This document shows, in pieces, positions 1 through 8,492 of a stretch of 43,781 nucleotides of DNA. Source of the DNA: a virus (lineage: Duplodnaviria; Caudoviricetes); the IMG/VR virus record IMGVR_UViG_3300006120_000003, positions 1 to 43,781 of that record. The stretch is one strand, 5' to 3'. The notes beneath the pieces are model-generated. The model had not been told where the DNA came from, made no database searches, and saw only the letters and a program-made list of their open reading frames with translations. Each line of letters starts with the position of its first letter. The first letter of the stretch is position 1. The translations under genes were made by a program, and so were the position numbers.

Positions 1-25
1 TCTTTGAGGAACTTTCTCGTCTTTG
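1..25. repeat. Terminal direct repeat, left copy (circular-contig overlap)
   Basis: tctttgaggaactttctcgtctttg at 1-25 is identical to 43757-43781. Confidence 0.95.
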
Positions 26-71
26 CAGTTAAAGCTTCCTCGCTTCGAGCTTTCCAAGGGATCACTTTTTC

Positions 72-100
72 TTTGCATCCTATGGGGAAATCTTTATAAT
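72..100 (+). promoter_or_regulatory. Sigma70-type rightward early promoter
   Basis: TTGCAT (73-78), 16 bp spacer, perfect TATAAT (95-100). Confidence 0.7.
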
Positions 101-107
101 CATATGT

Positions 108-221
108 GGGTATTGATTAGCTATCGCTAATAAACCCTAGTGACTGGTAGGCTAGTCCGTCTCGAACGGTAAAGGTCTGGTTTCCAGCATGAAATTCCCC
201 TCTCGGCAAACACCGAGGGGA
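108..221 (+). ncRNA. Structured 5' leader or candidate ncRNA (five tandem hairpins)
   Basis: Stems gggt..attagc/gctaat..accc (108-137), gactgg/ctagtc (142-157), cgt/acg (158-168), ctgg/ccag (177-187), cctctcgg/ccgagggg (199-220) between promoter and RBS. Confidence 0.4.
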
Positions 222-263
222 CGGAACTACAAATTCATCTACTCTCAATAAAGGATTAATATC

Positions 264-971
264 ATGACTTCCACTAATTCTGAAAACTTCGTCCTGGTGC
301 GTCTTTTCTCCGGCAATGAAAAGCTTGGCTTACATTCAACCGGAGAGTACGGCATCAAGATTTGGTTTAAGACTGACAAGGAAACCAAGGCCAAGAAGCC
401 GGATTACTTCGTGCTTCTCCCTGCCCTGTCAGTGACCATTGAGCCTGCTAATCTCCGCGATGCAATCCAAGACTACATTCGGTCGATGCAAAAGAGCATA
501 GTTACCAATGCCATTCTGGAGCAGCATGAAAAGGGCAATACGGCATCTTTCCAAATGCCGATCATTAGCCTTTCTTCCGATGCTATCGCTGAGTACGCCA
601 GGGCGTCTGAACGTGGCGAGCGTCTAAACGCTGACCAGATCAAGGCTTGGGTTTCCGATAATCTGGAAACCTCCTTATTCACAAGCCTTGCATCTCGCTT
701 GTTTGGCGCTACCAGTGCGGACGCTATCGACAAGCTAAACGATGACCAAACCACCACACTTTCCCAGAAAGTTAATGGTTTCATCGCAGCGTATAGTTCA
801 CTCGCAGCGCCTAATCCGAAAGTCAACCTGGCGACTCTGACCAGTATGAAAAACGGACTAGCCCTTGCATCGGATGAAACCAAGCAAGAGCGCGTCTATG
901 AGTTCCTCACTGGTAAGGTAACGCGCCTAATCGAACAGGCAACCAAGCCTGTCGAGGACCTCGGACTGTAA
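264..971 (+). CDS. Hypothetical early protein (235 aa), distant paralogue of 37880..38569
   Basis: AAGGA RBS; own promoter and terminator; collinear motif similarity to the 229-aa protein. Confidence 0.85.
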   Translation: MTSTNSENFVLVRLFSGNEKLGLHSTGEYGIKIWFKTDKETKAKKPDYFVLLPALSVTIEPANLRDAIQDYIRSMQKSIVTNAILEQHEKGNTASFQMPIISLSSDAIAEYARASERGERLNADQIKAWVSDNLETSLFTSLASRLFGATSADAIDKLNDDQTTTLSQKVNGFIAAYSSLAAPNPKVNLATLTSMKNGLALASDETKQERVYEFLTGKVTRLIEQATKPVEDLGL

Positions 972-1000
972 TCAACTGGTCTGACAGATCGCTACCACCT

Positions 1001-1058
1001 AAGCATGGGTGTTTGTTAAATCCCTCATCGGACTAACAAACATCCATGCTTCTTTTTT
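1001..1058 (+). terminator. Rho-independent terminator
   Basis: 18-bp stem aagcatgggtgtttgtta/taacaaacatccatgctt followed by ctttttt. Confidence 0.75.
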
Positions 1059-1410
1059 ACCTACATCCAACTACATACGCAGTAAGTTTAGGGTAACTGC
1101 AATCCTTCTGAGCGCAGATCGCAGCCAACAAAGCAAGCCAGCAAGCGGAACAACTGCCATACCGATAACCTACCAGCGAGTAGAAATGTTTTGAGGAGGG
1201 GGATAGAGCCTTTTTGAAGCAGCTTTATCTCTATTTCCTTTAACAACCCCGATAATTTTCTAAATTTTTTACCTTATTACCAGCTAACTGAAACTTCTCT
1301 ATTCTTGTTTACAGAAGGTAGAAAGGATCTCTGGTAGCTTCCCCATGAGGAATGGTTTATGTATAGAGTATAGAAACTCTAAGAGCGGCTTCCTTACTAA
1401 GGAGTTTTTC

Positions 1411-2085
1411 ATGCTTAAGAAACTTCTCGTCGCTTCAGCATTAGTTAGTAGCTTATTTGCTGCTAATGCAGAAGCGCAATATGCAGGTGTAGTGCCAGGA
1501 GCCAGTGATTTTGTTTATGACAAAGCTTCTGGTAGCTGGTATTCAATGTTAGGAGCTGTTGGCGCTCCTGGCGTCATTGCTGATAACTTTGAAGGCACAA
1601 AGGCAACTTACAGCGCATCTTTCCAAGCTGTTACTGTTGCTGCAGCTGCTACTGACATCTTCGTCATTCAAGGATCAGCTACTAAAACGCTTCGTGTGAA
1701 TCACGTGGAAGTTAGCTGCACAGCTTCTACTGCTGCTAACTATAATGCATCTTTGGTAGTGCGTAGCGCTGCTAACACTGGAGGTACATCTACTGGTGTT
1801 AACAAAGTGCCTCACGACTCTACTGATGTTGCAGCCACTAGCAACAGCGTTGCGTACTACACAGCTAACCCATCTGGTTTGGGAACATTAGTAGGTATCG
1901 TGCGTACTGCTCAGCTTTATGCTGCTAACGCTGGTACTATGGTGAACACTCTGTGGGACTTTGGTATTCGCAATGATAAGAACATTGTTCTGCGTGGTAT
2001 TGCTCAGAACCTCGCCATTAATCTTAATGGTGTGACACTTACCGGAGGTGTTTGTTCCGGTGGCGTTGAATGGACAGAGGAGTAA
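1411..2085 (+). CDS. Beta-rich virion-like protein with a Sec signal peptide (224 aa)
   Basis: AAGGAG RBS before ATG 1411; MLKKLLVASALVSSLFAANAEA-Q has basic n-region, hydrophobic core and AEA cleavage motif; Ala/Thr/Gly-rich body ending GVEWTEE. Confidence 0.75.
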   Translation: MLKKLLVASALVSSLFAANAEAQYAGVVPGASDFVYDKASGSWYSMLGAVGAPGVIADNFEGTKATYSASFQAVTVAAAATDIFVIQGSATKTLRVNHVEVSCTASTAANYNASLVVRSAANTGGTSTGVNKVPHDSTDVAATSNSVAYYTANPSGLGTLVGIVRTAQLYAANAGTMVNTLWDFGIRNDKNIVLRGIAQNLAINLNGVTLTGGVCSGGVEWTEE

Positions 2086-2089
2086 ACAA

Positions 2090-2311
2090 ATGGCTGGTAA
2101 TAATGTTTATATGGACACTGTTGGCAATTACTATACTGCCAATTCTCCGACCAATCCGAACGATTGCTTGATTCCCTATCCGCGCCCCGAGCTAGTAACG
2201 GCTTTGAATGCGGTCGGTACTCACATTGATCAGGATACCATCGCTGGTATAGTTGATCCGCAGGTTGTTGCTAATAATCCCAACAACCCTCAGGATGCTC
2301 AAGGCGCGTAA
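2090..2311 (+). CDS. Hypothetical protein (73 aa)
   Basis: GAGGAG RBS before ATG 2090; tightly packed in operon. Confidence 0.65.
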   Translation: MAGNNVYMDTVGNYYTANSPTNPNDCLIPYPRPELVTALNAVGTHIDQDTIAGIVDPQVVANNPNNPQDAQGA

Positions 2312-2334
2312 GAAATAAGAGAAGGATCACAGTC

Positions 2335-2907
2335 ATGGCAATCTCAAAAGACCAAATCAGAGACCTGCTGGGCAGCGGACTTAGTAACGACATTGTTGCT
2401 ACGGCTGTTGGCTGTGATCCTTCTTACATTTCTCAACTTCTATCCGATCCAGAGTTTGCTGATGCGGTAACAACTCTACGTATGCAATCTCTAACAGCAG
2501 CTAATAAGCGCGATGCCACAGTAGATGGCATTGAAGATAAGATACTAAAAAGACTGGATGATGCAGTGTCATCTAATCTCATTTACAAACCACAAGATTT
2601 GTTGAGAGCTTTTCAAGTAGTGAATGCCGCAAAACGTCGTGGTGTTCCTGCACATGAGAACGTCACAATAAACAATAAGATAGTGAACCTTAACATTCCT
2701 ACGAAGGTCATCCAGAACTTTACAATAGATGCCCGTGGGGAAGTTGTGGAAGTAGAAGGTCAGACAATGGTAACGATGCCAGCACATCAGTTACTAAATT
2801 CACTAGCCTCGGAGAAGGGCAATGATGGTGACAAATATCGAAAAGTTGCAGCCTACCTCCCAGGAGCAGGCGCTATCACAAGCGGATCAAGTGGCTTCAG
2901 TGAATAA
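2335..2907 (+). CDS. Putative terminase small subunit (N-terminal HTH)
   Basis: HTH-like segment LLGSGLSNDIVATAVGCDPSYISQLL; position upstream of the large terminase. Confidence 0.6.
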   Translation: MAISKDQIRDLLGSGLSNDIVATAVGCDPSYISQLLSDPEFADAVTTLRMQSLTAANKRDATVDGIEDKILKRLDDAVSSNLIYKPQDLLRAFQVVNAAKRRGVPAHENVTINNKIVNLNIPTKVIQNFTIDARGEVVEVEGQTMVTMPAHQLLNSLASEKGNDGDKYRKVAAYLPGAGAITSGSSGFSE

Positions 2908-2995
2908 GACTTCTATTCACAAGAAGAAAGATGCAGAAGATGCTAAGGCTATTTTGCTAGGGCTGAAACTGCACTTTACTACTGGAGGCCGCTAA
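2822..2995 (+). CDS. Small hypothetical protein (57 aa), absent from ORF track
   Basis: GGAGAAGG RBS; MMVTNIEKLQ...LHFTTGGR; its TAA overlaps the terL ATG (TAATG). Confidence 0.5.
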   Translation: MMVTNIEKLQPTSQEQALSQADQVASVNKTSIHKKKDAEDAKAILLGLKLHFTTGGR

Positions 2996-4614
2996 TGGCT
3001 ACTAGAGACTCTTACTCAGATACCTCAGCTTATAAGTCCCGTATTGACCACACTGATCGTGGCACAGTGCATTGGGAAAATAAGCTGGGTATGGCTGATG
3101 ATAATCCTATTCCACAAAAGGACTTACTTGATAAGCAAGCGGAAGGCACGGAAGATGCTTCCTTCGACTCAGACCAAATTATCACTATCGCTCGTGATAA
3201 TCTTAATATGCTCGCTGGCTTGGCGATGCCTACTGTATTTGAATATATGTTTCCTCCTGTGCTTTTGGCTGCCTGGCAACTACTGTGCCAACTGGTGGAG
3301 CGTACTCATGACTTTTCTAAAGTTGCATTAGGTATTCCGCGTGGCCACGGTAAGACCACGTTAATCAAGCTTTTTATTCTATTCGTTATTCTCTTTACCA
3401 AGAAGCAATTCATCCTTATTATTTCTGACACTGAACAGAAAGCTGTTAATATCATAGCTGACGTCATTGATATGCTCAGTGAGCAAAACATCATCAAGTT
3501 ATTCGGCAACTGGTCACTTGGCGTTGAGATGAATACGCAGCAAATTAAGAAGTTTGGTTTCCGTGGAAGAAACATTATCATCGTTGGCATCGGTGCTGGT
3601 GGATCGCTGCGCGGCTTGAATCTTAAGAATGCGCGCCCGGATGTTATGATCTTCGATGACGTACAATCTAAGGAGTGTTCAGAAAGCCAACTGCAAAGCG
3701 ACACACTTGAGCGTTGGTTAGTAGGAACCGCGATGAAAGCCAAAAGCCCAAAAGGCTGTCTTTACATCTACGCTGGTAATATGTTCCCTGGTAACAACTG
3801 TATCCTTAAGAAATTCAAAACCAATCCATCTTGGGTAAAGTTTATCTCTGGTGCTATTCTTGCTAATGGCCAAGCATTGTGGCCAGAACTGCATCCATTA
3901 GACGCCCTCAAGCAAGAGTTCGATAATGACATTGCAATGGGCCATCCTGAAATATTTTTATCAGAAGTTATGAATGATACGGAAGTTGGTGTTAACAAGC
4001 GCATCGACTTAAGTGCCCTTAAACCTTGGCCTTTTACTGATGACGATCGCCCACAGGGAAGATTCATACTTATCGACCCTGCTACTGGCAAGATCGGTAA
4101 AGACCTTGTTGCCATTGGCTACTGCGAGGTATATGATGAAAAACCTGGTCTTGTTGAAATTGTTGAAGAGCCCCTTTCTCCAGGGAACACTATACGGCGC
4201 GCTTTGTTACTTGGGCTACGCAACAACTGTCGCTGTATCATCGTTGAATCAACTGCTTATCAAAGTACTCTCCTTTATTGGTTTGGTGTGATCTCCGAAC
4301 AACTAGGAATAACAGGGTTTCAATTCCTAGAGGTTTATGGGAATCAATATTCTAAAAATACCAGAATATCAGACGCACTTAAGGAACTTGCGGCTGGAGA
4401 TATTCTGTTGCATCCGTCAGTTCGCAGTCATGTTACTAACCAGATTGTGAACTGGAATCCAATGAAACGCGACAATGTGGATGGCATATTAGATCTTCTA
4501 GGATACATGACTAAATGTATGGAACTGCACGGTCCCCTGATGACCTCAGATGAGTACATGAATATCTTAGATGTAAATTCTGCCAGTGTTGTCGATGACA
4601 ACTTACCTTTCTAG
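2995..4614 (+). CDS. terL: Terminase large subunit
   Basis: Walker A GIPRGHGKTT, Walker B VMIFDD, LRGLN segment, RNase H-like nuclease ILIDPA and DNVDGILD. Confidence 0.92.
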   Translation: MATRDSYSDTSAYKSRIDHTDRGTVHWENKLGMADDNPIPQKDLLDKQAEGTEDASFDSDQIITIARDNLNMLAGLAMPTVFEYMFPPVLLAAWQLLCQLVERTHDFSKVALGIPRGHGKTTLIKLFILFVILFTKKQFILIISDTEQKAVNIIADVIDMLSEQNIIKLFGNWSLGVEMNTQQIKKFGFRGRNIIIVGIGAGGSLRGLNLKNARPDVMIFDDVQSKECSESQLQSDTLERWLVGTAMKAKSPKGCLYIYAGNMFPGNNCILKKFKTNPSWVKFISGAILANGQALWPELHPLDALKQEFDNDIAMGHPEIFLSEVMNDTEVGVNKRIDLSALKPWPFTDDDRPQGRFILIDPATGKIGKDLVAIGYCEVYDEKPGLVEIVEEPLSPGNTIRRALLLGLRNNCRCIIVESTAYQSTLLYWFGVISEQLGITGFQFLEVYGNQYSKNTRISDALKELAAGDILLHPSVRSHVTNQIVNWNPMKRDNVDGILDLLGYMTKCMELHGPLMTSDEYMNILDVNSASVVDDNLPF

Positions 4615-4625
4615 AGGAACACAAA

Positions 4626-6653
4626 ATGGCTGGAGCACAACAGTTTCGTCTTAAGCAAGACCAAGAGCAGGCTATTATCAAATATGCTGAGAAAGCCCAA
4701 CAACTGCTTATCAATCAATTTTCCATGCGTTCCAACATGGAAATCATTGACCGTTATTTCAATCGTGAGGTCGATTGGACTGATGAGAATATCCGCGCGA
4801 AACTTGCTAATCGCATCGGCGATAAGAGGAAACTCCAAGATGTCGTGGTTCCTATTGTTATGCCACAGGTGGAATCTGCCTTGGGGTATTTCACTAATGT
4901 GTTCCTTACTGGCTATCCTACTTTCGGTGTCGCTGCTGATCCAGCCACAGAAGATGCTGCCTTGCAGATGGAAACTATCATTGCGGAAAATAGCATTACA
5001 GCTGGCTGGTCTAGGCAGTTGATGTTATTCTTCCGTGATGGGCTGAAGTACAACTTACACGGTATTGAGTGCGAGTGGCAGCAGAAGAAAGTCTATGACA
5101 TTAAGACAGATCTTACTGCTGAGAATAACGCGAAGCCAGTTCAGACTCTCTGGAACGGCAACGTATTAAAGCGTATGGATCTCTATAATACCTTCTTCGA
5201 TCCGCGTGTGCATCCTAGTGAGATCCACAGCGAAGGTGAGTTTGCAGGTTACATTGAACTGTACTCCCGCGTGAAGATGAAGAAGTTTATCAATGAGTTG
5301 TTCGGAAGCATTCCTGCTAGCACTGCTATGCGGGCTTTTGAAAGTGGTCCTACTCCTACTGCTTCTGGTAACAACACCAATCCCTTCGGCTATTATGTTC
5401 CCATCGTGAATCCGTGGCCACTGATGCAGCGTACAGCTACACAAGGCTTCGATTGGATGAGCTGGGCTACTAACAGCACTGACACACTTGCTAAGGGACT
5501 GCGCTATCAGAACGTCTATTGCGTAATGAAGCTGTATGCTCGCATTATTCCTGCTGATTTCGGATTGAATGTTCCTGAAGAAAATACTCCGCAAGTATGG
5601 AAGTTCATCATCGTCAACGGCAATGTTGTTCTATTCGCAGAGAGGCAATCAAATGCTCACAACTTCATTCCTATCTTCTTTGGCCAACCGCTTGAAGATG
5701 GACTTGATTACCAGACAAAGAGTTTTGCTCAGAATGTCATGGATATGCAAGACGTTGCTTCTACTATGTGGAATGGCTATATTGCATCTAAGCGACGCCT
5801 TGTTGGGGACCGTGTATTATACGATCCTCTGCGTATTCGAGAAAAAGATATTAATAGTACTAACCCTGCAGCTAAAATCCCAGTCAGGCCTGTCGCATAT
5901 GGAAAGCCAGTTGGAGAGGCAGTATATCAATTTCCTTTTCGAGACGAGCAAACTAATTCACTGATCGAAGGCTCGGAAGCAGTAACGCGCTTTGCTGATA
6001 AGATCAATAATCAGAACGCTGCTCAACAGGGCCAGTTCGTTAAGGGTAATAAGACGCTTCATGAGTACGAAGATGTCATGGGTCACGGTAACAGTCACAA
6101 TCAGTGCATGGCGTTGATGACAGAAGCGCAGGTGTTCACTCCTCTTAAAGAAACTATCAAACTTAACATCCTGCAATATCAAGGTCCTGATGTACTGTTC
6201 AACCGCGATCAGAATCAACAAGTCACCATCAAGCCAGATGACTTGCGGAAAGCTGCTGTTCATTTTAAGATGAGCGATGGCATGTTGCCAGAAGATAAGC
6301 AGCTGAGCACAGATGAGTTCCAGACTGCGCTGCAAGTTCTTGGTAGCTCTCCGCAGCTCTCTGGTGGTTTCAACATGAACCAGCTTATTACTTACATGTT
6401 CAAATTGCGAGGTGCTGATCTGGCGCCGTTTGCTAAGTCCCAGCTGCAAATCCAATTTGAACAGATGCAGGCACAGTGGCAACAAGTCGCAATGGAAGCT
6501 GTTAAGAAAGGTGTGCAGCCTCCTCCGCAACCTCAGATGCCACCGCAGCTTCAGCAACAACTTCAGCAACAGGCTGGACCAACTCCCAGCCAAACCTCTA
6601 CAGCACTAGAGGGAACACAAGGAGGCAATACTAATGTCCCGCAAAACAGTTAA
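4626..6653 (+). CDS. Portal protein with Q/P-rich C-terminal extension
   Basis: 675 aa directly after terL; Gln-rich tail typical of P22-like portals. Confidence 0.8.
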   Translation: MAGAQQFRLKQDQEQAIIKYAEKAQQLLINQFSMRSNMEIIDRYFNREVDWTDENIRAKLANRIGDKRKLQDVVVPIVMPQVESALGYFTNVFLTGYPTFGVAADPATEDAALQMETIIAENSITAGWSRQLMLFFRDGLKYNLHGIECEWQQKKVYDIKTDLTAENNAKPVQTLWNGNVLKRMDLYNTFFDPRVHPSEIHSEGEFAGYIELYSRVKMKKFINELFGSIPASTAMRAFESGPTPTASGNNTNPFGYYVPIVNPWPLMQRTATQGFDWMSWATNSTDTLAKGLRYQNVYCVMKLYARIIPADFGLNVPEENTPQVWKFIIVNGNVVLFAERQSNAHNFIPIFFGQPLEDGLDYQTKSFAQNVMDMQDVASTMWNGYIASKRRLVGDRVLYDPLRIREKDINSTNPAAKIPVRPVAYGKPVGEAVYQFPFRDEQTNSLIEGSEAVTRFADKINNQNAAQQGQFVKGNKTLHEYEDVMGHGNSHNQCMALMTEAQVFTPLKETIKLNILQYQGPDVLFNRDQNQQVTIKPDDLRKAAVHFKMSDGMLPEDKQLSTDEFQTALQVLGSSPQLSGGFNMNQLITYMFKLRGADLAPFAKSQLQIQFEQMQAQWQQVAMEAVKKGVQPPPQPQMPPQLQQQLQQQAGPTPSQTSTALEGTQGGNTNVPQNS

Positions 6654-6933
6654 CTTATTTTCTACTTTTGAATTTTCTGAGCAAGAAGCAGCACTTGCTC
6701 AGAATCTACCGGATCTGAATACTCAGTTTATCCAGACGGAACTAGCGGCAGTTGCTACTAAGAAAGTCTTGATACCCTTTGACCCGGAGAACCCACTCAA
6801 GTTTCAGATGGAGCACGAGTACTATCGTGGACAGATAGAGATACTCAGTTTCCTTCTTAATATGAGTGATGCTGCTAAAGAAGAAGCAATTGCAAACCTA
6901 CAGGCTTCCATGGAAGCGCAACAATCGGAGTAA
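6634..6933 (+). CDS. Small helical head-assembly region protein (99 aa)
   Basis: GGAGG RBS; between portal and scaffold; YYRGQIEIL motif. Confidence 0.7.
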   Translation: MSRKTVNLFSTFEFSEQEAALAQNLPDLNTQFIQTELAAVATKKVLIPFDPENPLKFQMEHEYYRGQIEILSFLLNMSDAAKEEAIANLQASMEAQQSE

Positions 6934-6938
6934 CTAAA

Positions 6939-7691
6939 ATGTCTATCATGGATTTATTCAAGAAGGGTTCCACCGCTGCTAAGGATGCAGGTATTGTTCC
7001 TAATGATCCGTCAGCTGGCAATCCTACTGCTCCTGGTGGCTCTAGCGTAGTTCCTGATGGAACTGGTCCTAAGGCATTTGGAAATGCTGCTGGAGCAGAT
7101 GAATCCCCACTGGATGGTTTTAAGGATCTGTGGAAAAATGCTGATACTGACGCAAAAGCACCGGCTGATTTCGTTCCTTCAATGACGATTGATGGCAAGA
7201 AGCTAATGAATGCAGCATCTCAGATAGATTTCTCGAAAGTCTTAAACGCAGATGTTGTTGGTAAAGCGCTTCAAGGTGACAGTGCTAGTTTCGCGCAAGC
7301 ACTTAATTCTGTCTCACAGGCAGTATTTGCTCAGGCAACAGCGACCAACGCTAAAGTTCTCGAAGACGCGCTTAGAAAGCAGGCAGATTCATTTAAGAAT
7401 GATTATCTACCTGAAGTTCTTCGTAGAGAACGAGTTGGCAATGCCCTTCGCGAAAATAATCCTCTACTAGAAGATCCTTCCATTGCTCCTGTTTTCTCTA
7501 TGATTCAGGAACAGCTTACCAAGAAGTTCCCAATGGCCTCTGCTGCTGAAATCAAAAGCAAGGCTACTGATTACTTCAATGGTATGGCAGGAAAGATTGC
7601 TGGCTCTCAGGGAAAACAGTTAGCTGATGTTCCTAAGCCGTCTGCTGGTTCAGATTATGACTGGGGCGCGTTCTTCGATGGTAACTCGTAA
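6939..7691 (+). CDS. Putative capsid scaffolding protein
   Basis: Disordered N-terminus, helical body, upstream of capsid genes. Confidence 0.6.
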   Translation: MSIMDLFKKGSTAAKDAGIVPNDPSAGNPTAPGGSSVVPDGTGPKAFGNAAGADESPLDGFKDLWKNADTDAKAPADFVPSMTIDGKKLMNAASQIDFSKVLNADVVGKALQGDSASFAQALNSVSQAVFAQATATNAKVLEDALRKQADSFKNDYLPEVLRRERVGNALRENNPLLEDPSIAPVFSMIQEQLTKKFPMASAAEIKSKATDYFNGMAGKIAGSQGKQLADVPKPSAGSDYDWGAFFDGNS

Positions 7692-7726
7692 CCTGTTAGT
7701 AACCCACTCTTATAGGAGTATTTAAA

Positions 7727-8449
7727 ATGCCTATGGTACGTCCGTCTGTTTACTCTCCTGACCAGGTCCTGGAGCGTCGTCTGGCTCCCGGAGACATTGT
7801 TGCTGGTGGCGAATCGCTGCTTACTGGTACTATCACCACTGTTGGTTCTGGTACTTGGACCGCAGCTGCTATTGCTACTGGTATCATCTATCGTACCGGT
7901 CCTACTGGTGCGTTCACTGATACCACTGATACTGCTCAGAACATTATCAGCGCGCTGGCTGGTAACGGCTGGTCCGCTGACTACCTGAAAGGTACTACCT
8001 TCCGCTTGACGTTTGTCAACACTGTTGCTTTTGCTCATACGTTTGCGGGTGGTACTGGCATTCTTACTGGCTCGGGCGTTGTTAACGCTGCTGCCTCCAC
8101 GTGGCGTGAATACCTTGTTACTATTCTGTCGGCTTTTCCGACGAATATTTTCATGGCTAACACCACCAACTCGTCGGCAGTTGTTACTTTCTCGCTGCCG
8201 CTTAACATCACCTCGATTCCGTTCCTCGGTAGTAATGGTCTGCTGGGTGATATTCCTGGTGATCTGGTTGGTGCGACTGTTACTGGAACCGGTATCAATG
8301 CTGGTACTACCGTTATCGGTGTTACCCAAGGCATTGGTGGCGTCATTGGTATCACGTTGTCTGCCGCCGCTACTGCCACCAATACTAACGTCGCGCTGAC
8401 TTTTGGCCCGACCGTTAAGATTGATGGTCTGCGCAGCGGCACGCTGTAA
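7727..8449 (+). CDS. Virion structural or capsid decoration protein
   Basis: Thr/Gly/Ala-rich beta protein with strongly biased codons, immediately before the major capsid gene. Confidence 0.6.
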   Translation: MPMVRPSVYSPDQVLERRLAPGDIVAGGESLLTGTITTVGSGTWTAAAIATGIIYRTGPTGAFTDTTDTAQNIISALAGNGWSADYLKGTTFRLTFVNTVAFAHTFAGGTGILTGSGVVNAAASTWREYLVTILSAFPTNIFMANTTNSSAVVTFSLPLNITSIPFLGSNGLLGDIPGDLVGATVTGTGINAGTTVIGVTQGIGGVIGITLSAAATATNTNVALTFGPTVKIDGLRSGTL

Positions 8450-8492
8450 GTTCTGAGTGATCAGAATCAGAAGAATCTAATAGGAGAATAAA

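Noticed and set aside
1-25. 25-bp end repeat as a biological terminal repeat
   Set aside because: More simply explained as assembler overlap of a circular contig; raw reads are needed to find true ends
205-232. ggcaaac..ggacggaactac resembles part of a c-di-GMP-I riboswitch
   Set aside because: No GNRA-capped P2 stem and no P3 stem; the bases fit better in a simple hairpin
1009-1194. 61-aa ORF after the first gene
   Set aside because: Starts inside the terminator stem and has no RBS
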